Shown here: positions 15,531 through 24,960 of the stretch, piece after piece
Layout of the letters: each line of letters opens with the position of its first letter
Position numbering within the stretch: position 1 is the first letter of the stretch
Position numbers and translations under genes: made by a program
The notes under the pieces: generated by a model
What the model was told of the DNA's origin: nothing
Databases searched by the model: none
What the model saw: only the letters and a program-made list of their open reading frames with translations
Virus record (IMG/VR): IMGVR_UViG_3300036861_000805
Coordinates: 1 to 64,000 of that record
DNA length: 64,000 bases
From: a virus
Direction: 5' to 3' (one strand)

Positions 15531-17360
15531 ATGGCCATTGGAACCCAACGACTCCCCGCTCCCGCCTACGACACAGACGGGTGCCCGACGTGCATCGGGA
15601 TGGGGACGCTCGAGGCCACAGATCTCTTCTGTGGCGCCGGCGGGTCGAGCCTCGGGCTCGAATTCGTGCGCTGTCCCGACTGCGGGCGGCAGCTCATCGA
15701 GGTGACGCAGTGCCTGAACCACTGGGACCTCGCAGTCGAGGCGCACAACGCGAACTTCCCGCACGCAGACCACGACGTGCATGACGTCGAGGTTGTCCCC
15801 GCATCGCGCTTCCGCAGGACGCCGCTTCTGTGGGCTTCCCCGGAGTGCGTGCATCACGCCTACTGCCGGGGGCGCAAGTCGGACGACGACTCCGCCGAGC
15901 GCTCCCGCATGACGATGAGCGACGTCGTCCGCTTCACAGAGTTCCACCGCTACGACGCCGTCATCGTCGAGAACGTGATCGAGGCGCGACTGTGGGAGCC
16001 CTTCGATCGCTGGTTCGAGGCGATCTGCAACCTGGGCTACTCAGGCCGGATCGTCTACTTCAACTCGCAATTCGCGCTTCCGACGCCGCAGTCTCGAGAT
16101 CGCATGTATGTCGTCTTCTGGCGCGACGGTCTTCCTGAGCCGGACCTCGACTTCCGGCCCACGTCTTGGTGCTCGAACTGCGAGACCATCGTCCGCGGCA
16201 TGCAGTGGTGGAAGAAGGCGAGCAAGGGGTCGCTTCGGGACACGCCCGGAAAGTTCCACTGGGGCCGTTACGGCGCTCAGTACCTGTACGTGTGTCCCCG
16301 CTGCTACCAGAACGTCGCTCCGGCCGTCGTCGGCGCGAAGTCGATCATCGACTGGGGTCTCGCCATGACGCGCATCGGAGACCGGGAGAAGCCGCTCGCC
16401 ACGAAGACGAGGGAGCGGATCCGCACGGGCCTCAAGCGTCTGGCGACGACGGAGCCGGTCACCGTGCAAGTCGGTGGCCATCTGTACGAGCGGCCGGGTT
16501 ACGCTCGCGTGTGGAGCGTGCACGATCCTCTGCGGACGGTCACGGGCACGCCCTACATGGGTCTCGTCGTGCCCGAGAAGATCAACGGGGTCGTGCTCCG
16601 AGTAGGCGGACAGTCCGCAGTGCCGCGAACACCCGGCGAGCCGACGAACACGCTCACGGCCCACGACCGACAGATGGCCCTCGTCATCCCGAACCGCGAG
16701 AACGGTGTTGGCGACGCCATCGAGGAGCCTATGCGTACCGTCACGACAGCGCCCGCGCAGCACATGCTCGTGCGAGTGAATCGCGGCGGCGATCGCAGGC
16801 CGCTGGCGATCGAGGAGCCCGTGCCAACCGTCGCCGGACACGGAGAGATGGCGCTCGTCTCTTTCCGAAATCACGGAGACGCGGCGCCGGTCGAGATCCC
16901 GGCGCACACGGTGACGAGCGGCGCCTATCACCACGGGCTCCTTGTCTACAACGGCGTGCCCGGATTCGTGCGCTCACTCGAGGACGCGGCGGGCACGGTG
17001 ACGAGCCGCGACAAGCAATCACTTCTCGTCCCCTACTACACGAACGGAAACGGCAAGAGCACGGAGATGCCGATGGGGGCGGTGACGGGCAAAGATCGGG
17101 AGGCGCTCGTCATCAGCGAGGAGGACATCAATGACTGCCTCTTCCGGATGCTGCAGTGGCCGGAACTCCTGGCCGCTCAGCAGATGCACCTGCGACCCGA
17201 CGGCAAGGCCTACAACCTGAACGCGCGGCGACGGAACAAGCGCGGCAAGTTCGTCGAGCTCTCGAACGAGCTGCGAGTGAGGATGATCGGGAATGCGGTC
17301 TCCTCGCCCGTGGCGACGATGCTCGGCAGGGCGGTCGTCCAGTCCCTCATGGCGACATGA
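15531..17360 (+). CDS. DNA (cytosine-5) methyltransferase
   Basis: DLFCGAGG, WASPEC, ENV, PQSRDR, IGNAV motifs; repeated EPxxTVT modules. Confidence 0.92.
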   Translation: MAIGTQRLPAPAYDTDGCPTCIGMGTLEATDLFCGAGGSSLGLEFVRCPDCGRQLIEVTQCLNHWDLAVEAHNANFPHADHDVHDVEVVPASRFRRTPLLWASPECVHHAYCRGRKSDDDSAERSRMTMSDVVRFTEFHRYDAVIVENVIEARLWEPFDRWFEAICNLGYSGRIVYFNSQFALPTPQSRDRMYVVFWRDGLPEPDLDFRPTSWCSNCETIVRGMQWWKKASKGSLRDTPGKFHWGRYGAQYLYVCPRCYQNVAPAVVGAKSIIDWGLAMTRIGDREKPLATKTRERIRTGLKRLATTEPVTVQVGGHLYERPGYARVWSVHDPLRTVTGTPYMGLVVPEKINGVVLRVGGQSAVPRTPGEPTNTLTAHDRQMALVIPNRENGVGDAIEEPMRTVTTAPAQHMLVRVNRGGDRRPLAIEEPVPTVAGHGEMALVSFRNHGDAAPVEIPAHTVTSGAYHHGLLVYNGVPGFVRSLEDAAGTVTSRDKQSLLVPYYTNGNGKSTEMPMGAVTGKDREALVISEEDINDCLFRMLQWPELLAAQQMHLRPDGKAYNLNARRRNKRGKFVELSNELRVRMIGNAVSSPVATMLGRAVVQSLMAT

Positions 17361-17370
17361 CCAGCGAACC

Positions 17371-17649
17371 ATGACGACGGGACCGGAACGTGGGTCGGAG
17401 GAATATCTCGTCATCCTGGAGCGCAGGATCAAGGAGCAGCGTGATCACATCGAGAGCCTGAACGCACTACGCGAGACCGTAAGCAACCGACAGGAGCGCA
17501 AGCGCATGGAAAAGCTCGAGCGAGCTCTCGGCCGCGCGACACTCAAAATCGAGGAGCAGAAGCGGGCAATCGCTTACCTTCGCGACAGGCTCGCTGAGCA
17601 CGGAGAGGAACCAGTTCGGCGCGGTCCCCCGAAGATCCATGTGCCATGA
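17371..17649 (+). CDS. coiled-coil hypothetical protein
   Basis: heptad-rich ORF. Confidence 0.6.
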   Translation: MTTGPERGSEEYLVILERRIKEQRDHIESLNALRETVSNRQERKRMEKLERALGRATLKIEEQKRAIAYLRDRLAEHGEEPVRRGPPKIHVP

Positions 17650-17665
17650 GTAGCGGCGTGAAGTT

Positions 17666-18124
17666 GTGAAACTCTCCGCCTGGCAGCAGGTCGCGATCGA
17701 GAACTGGACGCTGATCCCAGAGGAACAAGCGCGGCCGATCTTCGGTCATCGCTCAATCGCGGGCACGCTCGTCCTAACGGTGCGCGCGGGCTGGGGCTGA
17801 GTAGCCGAGAAGTTCGGCGGACCCGTGTGGCACGCGAGCGGAAGCACACCGGACAGGAATCCACGAGAAGGTCGCCGTCTTGCACGGGCGGGGCTCTCTG
17901 GTGTTGGTGACGCCGAGCTGGGCGAGTGGGCATATGAGGGCGAGCGACCCGGCATTTTCCACGTCCTGCGTCGGCTAACCACCGAGGAGCGCGAGGCTTT
18001 CGGCGTTCCCGAGCCCTACGACATCAGGGGTACTCCCGAGGAGCAGCGACGCGTCGCTGCCGTACTCAACGAAGCTTCGTATCTCCGTGCACACTTTCCC
18101 TGGCTTGACGAGCAGCGCCGCTAG
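17666..18124 (+). pseudogene. ORF interrupted by a single in-frame TGA at 17798-17800
   Basis: GTG 17666 frame resumes after TGA and joins the 17825..18124 ORF. Confidence 0.45.
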
Positions 18125-18177
18125 GCTTCATGCTGTCAGCGTAAGACCAGCCCGTAGTTCAACCGAAAGGAGGCCAC

Positions 18178-18360
18178 GTGGCCACCCTCGTTACTGCGGC
18201 GACGCACTTCCCGCGGAAGAAGTCGAAGTCGCTGTCGTCACTGAACTCCACAGTGATAGAGGAGGTCGCCGAGGTCGCCATGCACGGCGACGATGAGATC
18301 GGCGAACCGGCTCGTGCGGACGGCACCATCGAAGTTTCCTGGGACGTGCAAGATGAGTGA
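18178..18360 (+). CDS. hypothetical protein
   Basis: AAAGGAGG RBS, GTG. Confidence 0.65.
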   Translation: MATLVTAATHFPRKKSKSLSSLNSTVIEEVAEVAMHGDDEIGEPARADGTIEVSWDVQDE

Positions 18361-18532
18361 ACTCGGGTCGCCGATGGCCGAAATGTCGCGGGCGATCCGC
18401 ACCACCGTCCAAAAGCACGGCCCGCGCCTTCGTGACCTGCCGAGTGAAGTGCTGAAAGACTTCGAGCAGATCGTAAGCGCCTACGCGCTCGATCTCCGTG
18501 CCGAGATCGAGCGACGGAAGGAGCAGTCATGA
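18353..18532 (+). CDS. hypothetical protein
   Basis: overlapping start ATG 18353. Confidence 0.6.
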   Translation: MSELGSPMAEMSRAIRTTVQKHGPRLRDLPSEVLKDFEQIVSAYALDLRAEIERRKEQS

Positions 18533-18753
18533 ATCTCAAACTTTCCTACGCACAGGAGCGCAACCTCATAACGCTCGTGGACCTATATCCCAAGTGGATC
18601 CGCCCCGGATATCTGCATACACGCGCGAACACGCTCGAATCACTGGCGCGGTTTGGACTCGCCCAAGAGCGAATGCGAACGGGCGTCGGCCTTTACTGGG
18701 AATACCGGGCAACGAATGAGGGCATCGCTCTCTGCAACTCGATGGGGGACTGA
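18529..18753 (+). CDS. small winged-helix-like hypothetical protein
   Basis: TLESLARFGLA...YRATNEG. Confidence 0.6.
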   Translation: MNLKLSYAQERNLITLVDLYPKWIRPGYLHTRANTLESLARFGLAQERMRTGVGLYWEYRATNEGIALCNSMGD

Positions 18754-18971
18754 TGAAACCGACACCGATGACAAGCGAGACCCTGGCTGCAGTTCTTCGA
18801 CACATGGCCGAGCGAGTCGAAAAGCATGACTCGTTCGAGGGCAGCATCCAGTACCTCATGCCCACTACCGAGAACGTACCGGACGATACGTACACACTCG
18901 TTCAGGCGAGCTACCGCATCGGAAACACGGACGGGCAAGGCGGCGTCCGGCTGATCGGAGAGGAGATCTGA
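18753..18971 (+). CDS. hypothetical protein
   Basis: coupled; YRIGNTDGQGGVRLIG. Confidence 0.7.
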   Translation: MKPTPMTSETLAAVLRHMAERVEKHDSFEGSIQYLMPTTENVPDDTYTLVQASYRIGNTDGQGGVRLIGEEI

Positions 18972-19255
18972 TGAGCGAACTAGGCAAGCGCATCCAACGC
19001 GCGCGGCGCGGCAGCGGGTACACGCAGAAAAGCCTTGCCGAGCGCATGGGCGTGGAGTCGATCACCGTCTCACGCTGGGAGCGCGGCGTCACTCAGCCTA
19101 GCCTGCGCACGCTCGAGCGCATCTCCGCCCTCACGAAGGTACCGCTTTCGGACTTCGTCTCGGGCGACGGTGCCCCTAACGTCATCCTCGACGAGCTCAA
19201 GCGCATGCGCGAGGACATCGCGGAGATCAAGCGCGCGCTCATTCCAAGACGATGA
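18971..19255 (+). CDS. XRE-family HTH regulator (Cro/CI-like)
   Basis: TQKSLAERMGVESITVSRWERGVTQPS. Confidence 0.9.
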   Translation: MSELGKRIQRARRGSGYTQKSLAERMGVESITVSRWERGVTQPSLRTLERISALTKVPLSDFVSGDGAPNVILDELKRMREDIAEIKRALIPRR

Positions 19256-19503
19256 AGGAAACCATGACGAAAACGAGCAACCTCGATCAGGGCCTACTGG
19301 CGCAGGTGCGGCCCTCGGGCAAACACGACTCCGCGGCAAGACGCCGAACAGTGCGACGAGGCCGGGAACGCGGCTGTTGGTTGTATGTCCCCGCTGAGGT
19401 GATGGCCGAGGTCGGCGTGCGGCCGACCGATCCTCCGCCCTTCTACCGCACATGGGCGGGACACAAGCGAACCGTACTCGTCCAGTTCTACGACGAGCGA
19501 TGA
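19252..19503 (+). CDS. hypothetical protein
   Basis: ATGA overlap. Confidence 0.6.
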   Translation: MKETMTKTSNLDQGLLAQVRPSGKHDSAARRRTVRRGRERGCWLYVPAEVMAEVGVRPTDPPPFYRTWAGHKRTVLVQFYDER

Positions 19504-19686
19504 GGGAGTAGCTGTGTATATCGACGAGCAGCAGCAGTTGAAGCAGGAGCTTCTTGCTCTCCGCCAGTCTCTTACACCGCCACCCAGCTGCGCACAAGGG
19601 CACCTATTCAGGAAGAAGAAAGGAGGCGTACTCGAATGCGAGCGCTGTCTAATGACCCCCTTCGGCGTGCTCAGAGAGGAGGACCG

Positions 19687-19875
19687 ATGAGCAGTTGGGA
19701 AGTCTTCAGCCAGGAGGTGGCGTGCCCGGGGTGCGGCGCGCAGTACACATATCTCGTGGAAGCTCCGCCGATCGCAATGGTCGTGCGGCGCTTCGTGAAC
19801 GACGAAGGGCGCGAAGTCGGGGAGGACTGCCCACGCTGCTGGGAGCCGCTGCCCGTACCCGAGGAAGCGCTGTGA
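19687..19875 (+). CDS. zinc-ribbon protein
   Basis: GAGGAGG RBS; CPGC...CPRC. Confidence 0.65.
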   Translation: MSSWEVFSQEVACPGCGAQYTYLVEAPPIAMVVRRFVNDEGREVGEDCPRCWEPLPVPEEAL

Positions 19876-20087
19876 TCCCTTTGGAACGTGAAGTGCTGAG
19901 CGAATGGCGCGGTGCCGAGGCGGTTGCCCTCTACGGCGTCTGCGCATGCGAGAAAGCCACGCTCCAGAACCAGACGTGGTATGTGGTGCGCGAGAGCCGC
20001 CTGGAGCGGGACGGCCACATCTCGACTCACGGCTACGTCAGGTGCGCCCTCTGCCGCCGACCCTTGGGCTGGTGGGATCGTGCCTAG
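19872..20087 (+). CDS. Cys-containing hypothetical protein
   Basis: GTGA overlap. Confidence 0.55.
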   Translation: MIPLEREVLSEWRGAEAVALYGVCACEKATLQNQTWYVVRESRLERDGHISTHGYVRCALCRRPLGWWDRA

Positions 20088-20319
20088 CTCTCAGACTGAT
20101 AACGCATTTGAAGCCAAGCTCCGTCGCCTCGCCGAGGCCCTGCCGGCGGCAGTCTACGTCGGCCCACGGATCCTCCAGCATCCCCAGGGACGCTCCGAGT
20201 GGCACGTCGTGTCCGTGATGCACGAGAACGGTCGTTGGCAGGCCGTCTACTGCAAGACGCAGGAGATGGCCCAGGCGATCGAGCAGGCAGCCCGCTATGC
20301 CGAAAGGATCTCCAAGTGA
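20080..20319 (+). CDS. hypothetical protein
   Basis: GTG 20080 overlapping previous stop region. Confidence 0.55.
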   Translation: MPSSQTDNAFEAKLRRLAEALPAAVYVGPRILQHPQGRSEWHVVSVMHENGRWQAVYCKTQEMAQAIEQAARYAERISK

Positions 20320-20609
20320 AGACGATCTGGAAGTTCCCGCTGCATCATGCTGCCGACGAGGTCAGTATCGACATGCCTAAGGGGGCACGGATTCTCACGG
20401 TTCAGATGCAGGGAGAGACGCCCTGCCTATGGGCGGGCGTCGACCCCAACGCCGTGCTCGAGGCGCGAAGGATCTTGATCATGGGTACCGGACACCCGCG
20501 CCATGAACTGCAGTGGCTCGACGGCGACGAAAGCTCCCTGCGCTACATCGGCACTGTGCAAATGGCTGGCGGACAGCTCGTCTACCACTTCTTCGAGTGG
20601 CGGGGCTAG
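20316..20609 (+). CDS. conserved phage protein
   Basis: MKTIWKFPL...MPKGARILTVQMQ...GTGH...YIGTVQ...LVYHFFE. Confidence 0.75.
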   Translation: MKTIWKFPLHHAADEVSIDMPKGARILTVQMQGETPCLWAGVDPNAVLEARRILIMGTGHPRHELQWLDGDESSLRYIGTVQMAGGQLVYHFFEWRG

Positions 20610-20613
20610 CGTG

Positions 20614-20638
20614 TCCGAGTCAGCGCGTAAAGTTACCG
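20614..20638 (+). repeat. 25-bp intergenic element (copy at 27815-27839; inverted core at 32157-32171)
   Basis: TCCGAG(T/A)CAGCGCGTAAAGTTACCG, 24/25 identical. Confidence 0.7.
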
Positions 20639-20639
20639 C

Positions 20640-20930
20640 ATGCTTCGTCGCTTCCTGAACCATCTCCAGGGGATCGACCCCGAGTTGAACTCTCTGTCCG
20701 ACGAGCTCGGCGCTCCGAGGGAGTGGGTGGTGTGTCCTCATTGCGGTGCGCAATCTTGGCGGCTCCCGCCCCATGGAATCACGGAGCCCTGTCCGCTCGT
20801 TCAGGGAATGGTCGATTCCGTTGGTCTCAAGTTCGATGCCGAGCGCAACCTCGTGATCGGTTCGCGTCAGCAGATGGAGGCCATAACCAGGCTCTTCAAT
20901 CAGCAGCTCGGAGAAGGAGACGATCAATGA
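20640..20930 (+). CDS. hypothetical protein
   Basis: CPHC; 96 aa. Confidence 0.6.
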   Translation: MLRRFLNHLQGIDPELNSLSDELGAPREWVVCPHCGAQSWRLPPHGITEPCPLVQGMVDSVGLKFDAERNLVIGSRQQMEAITRLFNQQLGEGDDQ

Positions 20931-21127
20931 GAGGAATCGCCTCGTACACCCTTGAGGTCCTCGCACCGAGCGAGGTTCCCGCAGAGGAGGGATCAGCCTA
21001 TAACGCCGAACAACAGGAGCGGCGCGTTCTCTCCAAGCTGCCAGCCCTCGTCGAGGAGGCGGAGGAGAACTTGAGTGACATGCTTCCCGAAGGATTTCGG
21101 GTGCGGATCTCCGAAGCCCAATTCTAA
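20927..21127 (+). CDS. hypothetical protein
   Basis: AAGGAG RBS, ATGA overlap. Confidence 0.65.
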   Translation: MRGIASYTLEVLAPSEVPAEEGSAYNAEQQERRVLSKLPALVEEAEENLSDMLPEGFRVRISEAQF

Positions 21128-21142
21128 TCGAAAGGAAGAGAA

Positions 21143-21334
21143 ATGAAAAAGCAGCTGCTCGTCTGTGATCAATGCGGGAATGAAGTCGACTCTGACGGTG
21201 GAGTCCTGCGCTTCAACTACACCGACGGCCGGCGTGGATCCAAAGTTGCGGATCTCTGCGGGGTCTGCGCCAACAACCTCCCTGGTTCTCCAACAGCTCG
21301 CCGAGGGCGCCCGAAGAAGGAAGCACAGGAATGA
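21143..21334 (+). CDS. Lsr2-like small DNA-binding protein with AT-hook
   Basis: VCDQC...ADLCGVC...RRGRPKK. Confidence 0.6.
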   Translation: MKKQLLVCDQCGNEVDSDGGVLRFNYTDGRRGSKVADLCGVCANNLPGSPTARRGRPKKEAQE

Positions 21335-21732
21335 GTCGAAGCGTCGCAATGGGAAATTCGCTACCCCCGTGCAACAAGTGCGGCGGAGACTTGGTCCAGG
21401 AGCCCGAGCATCACAATGATCCGCGCGGCCCGGAGACGATCTTCCGTTGCACGAGTTGCGATCAAGTCATAGGTGTCCGCCCCGACGGCTCGCTTTGGGA
21501 GACGATCACAACCATCTACGGCAGGCCCACCACTGCGCAAGAACACCACGACCTCGCGGACGGGCAGGAGAAGGACAAGATCTTCTTCTCACAGCTTCGG
21601 CTCGCCGCTCACTACCAGACACTGTCCGAGCACATGCATTTCGTGAACGGGATGATGGACGCCGTCGAACGCTACAAGGCAGAGCATCCGCTTCCCGTCA
21701 GTCTCTGGCGACGGATCAAAGAAAGGATTTAG
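21331..21732 (+). CDS. zinc-ribbon hypothetical protein
   Basis: CNKC...CTSC. Confidence 0.65.
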   Translation: MSRSVAMGNSLPPCNKCGGDLVQEPEHHNDPRGPETIFRCTSCDQVIGVRPDGSLWETITTIYGRPTTAQEHHDLADGQEKDKIFFSQLRLAAHYQTLSEHMHFVNGMMDAVERYKAEHPLPVSLWRRIKERI

Positions 21733-21735
21733 AGC

Positions 21736-22257
21736 ATGAGCGACGGAGCAAACCTGGGCATCACCGCAGGACGAGCCCTCGGGACGATCCTCGGAGACGA
21801 CCCGCAGCCCTCAGACGACGGACGCGCAACGCCAGAAGAGGTCCGGGCTCGCTTGGAGGCTGCACCTCTCTTCGAGGGTCCCGCTCCCTGGGAAGGCGTC
21901 GAGCCTGGTGGTGACGATCCCGAGGGCCGCGACGAGGCTTACAGCGCAGCCTGCGACTCGATCGGGCACGCGTTCCTCATCCTGATCGAGGAGGACCCAT
22001 CCCTACTCGAGCCGCATCCCTATCCAAAGACGTACCCAGACGGAAGCCCTATGCCCGACTGGACGAAGGGAAAGAACCGTGACCAAGACAGCGTGGTCTG
22101 GGATGCGATGAAGGAGCGCTGGCCACATGCGAACGGCTGGCTCGGTGGAGCAAGCGGTTTCCAGGTCGGGTTCGCACTCAACGCTGCCCTCTATGCCTCC
22201 GGCCACAAGCCTGTGCCCAATCCGGCGATCGTGGAAGTGGAGGTCCCGAATGGCTGA
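21736..22257 (+). CDS. hypothetical protein
   Basis: 173-aa ORF in operon. Confidence 0.75.
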   Translation: MSDGANLGITAGRALGTILGDDPQPSDDGRATPEEVRARLEAAPLFEGPAPWEGVEPGGDDPEGRDEAYSAACDSIGHAFLILIEEDPSLLEPHPYPKTYPDGSPMPDWTKGKNRDQDSVVWDAMKERWPHANGWLGGASGFQVGFALNAALYASGHKPVPNPAIVEVEVPNG

Positions 22258-23461
22258 GGAAACCGACACCGATGTCATCGACGCCGAGGTCGTCGAGGAA
22301 GTGAGAAACCTTCCGGCCGTAAGGGCGTCCGAGGCGATCATCACTCGCGCCGAGCTCACCGTCGACGAAGTCGTCGCGCAGAAGGACAAGATCGAGGAGG
22401 TAATGAGGCGCGTCATGAAGCGCGACGTCCATTACGGCGTCATTCCGGGGGTGAACAAGCCGAGCCTGCTCAAGCCTGGCGCCGAGGCGATCAACGTGGC
22501 GTTGCGACTGGCGGCGCATTACGACTCCGAGAAGATCTGGCACGAAGACGGGCACCTCACCGTCGTCGCCAAGTGCGAGCTGCGCCACATTCCCACGGAT
22601 CTCGTCGTCGGCACCGGCGAGGGCCTATGCACGACGAAGGAATCCCGCTACGCGTTTCGCAAGGGCACGCGCCTGTGTCCGAACTGCGGCGAGCCACAGA
22701 TCAAGCGCTCGAAATTCAAGCCCAAGCGGGGCGATTACGACGGCGCGGGCCCGGACGATCCTCCTGGCTGGTACTGCTGGAAGAAGCAGGGCGGGTGTGG
22801 CATGAACTTCGCTCACGACGACGAGCGCATCATCTCGCAGTCCGAGGAGAAGATCCCGAATCCCGATCTAGCGGACACCTACAACACCGTGCTCAAGATG
22901 GCCGACAAGCGCGCACTGATCGCCGCGGATCTGAATGCCACCGCGGCTTCGGACATCTTCACCCAGGACGTCGAGGATGCTCCCGCCAGCGGGAGTGACA
23001 CCCCCGAAGAAGTCGCCAAGGACGAAGCCGTGACTGAAGAGAGGGCATTCGATCCCGGCAAGGATTTGCTCGAAAACGCGATCCAGGGTTCAGGAGAAGA
23101 GCAAGTCGCGGCCGTCCAGGAGGCCCTGCGAAACCTGAATGAGCGGATCGACTGGAGAGCGCTGATCGGGCAGGTGACGAAGCAGCACTTCAACAAGGCA
23201 TGGTCCAAGCTGACCAAGGCCGAGAAGACCGAGTGGTGGATCCGAGTTCGCAACGCGGCCGCAAAGCTCGAAGAGATCTCGCCTCCAGATCTCGGAGCCT
23301 CGCCCGAGTACATCCAGGATGCGTTCGCGTTCGCGTTCAATAGCCTCGCGGTGGAGATCGTCACTCTGGAACCGCCAGAGCCGGAAGAAGCCATCGAAGG
23401 CGTGTTGTCAGAGGAAGACGTAGAGAGACTGGCCGAAGAAGCCAGGGACACGGAATTCTGA
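22250..23461 (+). CDS. putative recombination / single-strand annealing protein
   Basis: HYGVIPGVNKPSLLKPGAE...NTVLKMADKRA...ASDIFTQDVED; function inferred. Confidence 0.6.
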   Translation: MAEETDTDVIDAEVVEEVRNLPAVRASEAIITRAELTVDEVVAQKDKIEEVMRRVMKRDVHYGVIPGVNKPSLLKPGAEAINVALRLAAHYDSEKIWHEDGHLTVVAKCELRHIPTDLVVGTGEGLCTTKESRYAFRKGTRLCPNCGEPQIKRSKFKPKRGDYDGAGPDDPPGWYCWKKQGGCGMNFAHDDERIISQSEEKIPNPDLADTYNTVLKMADKRALIAADLNATAASDIFTQDVEDAPASGSDTPEEVAKDEAVTEERAFDPGKDLLENAIQGSGEEQVAAVQEALRNLNERIDWRALIGQVTKQHFNKAWSKLTKAEKTEWWIRVRNAAAKLEEISPPDLGASPEYIQDAFAFAFNSLAVEIVTLEPPEPEEAIEGVLSEEDVERLAEEARDTEF

Positions 23462-23614
23462 TGCCAGTAGCCGAAGGGCCCCTCCCGGGGCCCTTCTCCC
23501 TCCAGCACCTTTCGCCGCGCCGGCGAAAGTTGTAGTCTCTCGGACGCCTATGAACGAAAGACTGGAAAGACCGTAGCACGTCCGGCGGTTGTTACGCAGC
23601 TTGTAGAAGCTGCA

Positions 23615-24472
23615 ATGCGTGACCGGATGGTGTATCGGGATCGCATCTGCTTCGCATCGAAAGCGACACTCGCGCAAGCCGCTGGCTGCTCGACGCGCTC
23701 GGTGCAACGGGCTTGGCGCGAACTCGAGCTCTCTGGCCGCTGGGAATGTGTCAAATCCCTACCTTCTGGAAAAGCCCCCAAGACCAGGGTGTGGAGAGCC
23801 GTGTCCGAGGAGACCACCGGAATCGTCGAGCGGGCCGTGGTAACCGAGACTACCGGAGCTGTCGAGCGAGCCGCGAGATCCGAGAACACCGGAGCGTACG
23901 AGCGTTATTTTGTCTCCCGACGTACTTCGTACAGAAAACCTCAAACCCCTCGGCCTTCTGATCTCAGGATCAGCGCTAGCGAAGGACCACGGCCGAGGCG
24001 CGCGAGCGCGCCGACCATCCGCTGCGGTAGGAGGAGAAGACTCGTGGAACGACACCCAGAAAAACTCTCCGAAGGGGTGGTGCGGCGGAATGGCGAGGTA
24101 ACTCCCTGGAATGCTGGAGACGCCGTAGCTGCCACGGTGGACTTCTGCCGCACACGCGGCATACCCCTTGCTCCCTCGATCCGAGCGCGACTGGGGAAGG
24201 CAGCGAAGGCGCTGCTCGAATCAGACTTCCCTCCGAACGTCGTCGTCGCTTCCTGTGTCGTTGCGATCAGGACTGGCTGGTTCGGATCTGTGGAGACGAT
24301 CGCGCAGGAAATGGCTGTAGCTCAGGCGGGGGAGCGGATGACGCGGCAGGCCTATGTTCAGGCGATGCACGAGACATCGAGGGAGATGGAACATTCAGAG
24401 AGCGAAGTGTGGAAAACGCTACGTGAGGAAACGCAAAGACGAGCAGAGAAATCGAAAGGAGCCGAAGCATGA
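23615..24472 (+). CDS. phage replication initiator-like HTH protein
   Basis: CFASKATLAQAAGCSTRSVQRAWRELE; upstream of loader-like gene. Confidence 0.65.
   Translation: MRDRMVYRDRICFASKATLAQAAGCSTRSVQRAWRELELSGRWECVKSLPSGKAPKTRVWRAVSEETTGIVERAVVTETTGAVERAARSENTGAYERYFVSRRTSYRKPQTPRPSDLRISASEGPRPRRASAPTIRCGRRRRLVERHPEKLSEGVVRRNGEVTPWNAGDAVAATVDFCRTRGIPLAPSIRARLGKAAKALLESDFPPNVVVASCVVAIRTGWFGSVETIAQEMAVAQAGERMTRQAYVQAMHETSREMEHSESEVWKTLREETQRRAEKSKGAEA
23792..23904 (+). repeat. three-unit TIGR-like mini-array inside the initiator gene
   Basis: TGGAGAGCCG-N8-GAGACCACCG-N8-GAGCGGGCCG-N8-GAGACTACCG-N8-GAGCGAGCCG-N8-GAGAACACCG-N8-GAGCG. Confidence 0.75.
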
Positions 24473-24960
24473 CGCAGATCGTGATCGACCTAGGCGAGGT
24501 CTGGGCTGATGAGCAAACCGTGGCTGAGGCGATCCTCGAACGGGCCGTGACGAGTCTGTTCGGAAGATACGAGTTACAGAAAGCCGTCGAGAAACGCGTG
24601 GCCGAGATGGCGGAGGAGCAGATCCGCGAGGCTGTCGCGCCGCTTGTCGCCAAGGCGCTCGAGAGGCCGTACCAGCCGACGAACGCCTACGGCGACAGGG
24701 TCGGCGAACCGACTGAACTCCGCGAAGTCATCGTCACGAGGGTCGAGTCGGAGTTAAAGCAGTCGCGCGCGGATTCTGGTGGTTTCAGCAGCTCTCGCCG
24801 CGAGACGCTGCTCGATGAAATCATCGGGCGCCAACTCGGGAAGGTGGTCGGCGAAGACCTGCGTCAGGCGATGGATGCTGCGCGCAAGAAGGTTCGGGAG
24901 GCGGTAGAAGCAAAAGGCGCAGAGGTGCTAGCGGAGACGATTGCGAGGATGGCGCGATGA
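24469..24960 (+). CDS. conserved phage hypothetical protein
   Basis: RBS; PTNAYGDRVGEPTELRE. Confidence 0.75.
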   Translation: MTQIVIDLGEVWADEQTVAEAILERAVTSLFGRYELQKAVEKRVAEMAEEQIREAVAPLVAKALERPYQPTNAYGDRVGEPTELREVIVTRVESELKQSRADSGGFSSSRRETLLDEIIGRQLGKVVGEDLRQAMDAARKKVREAVEAKGAEVLAETIARMAR

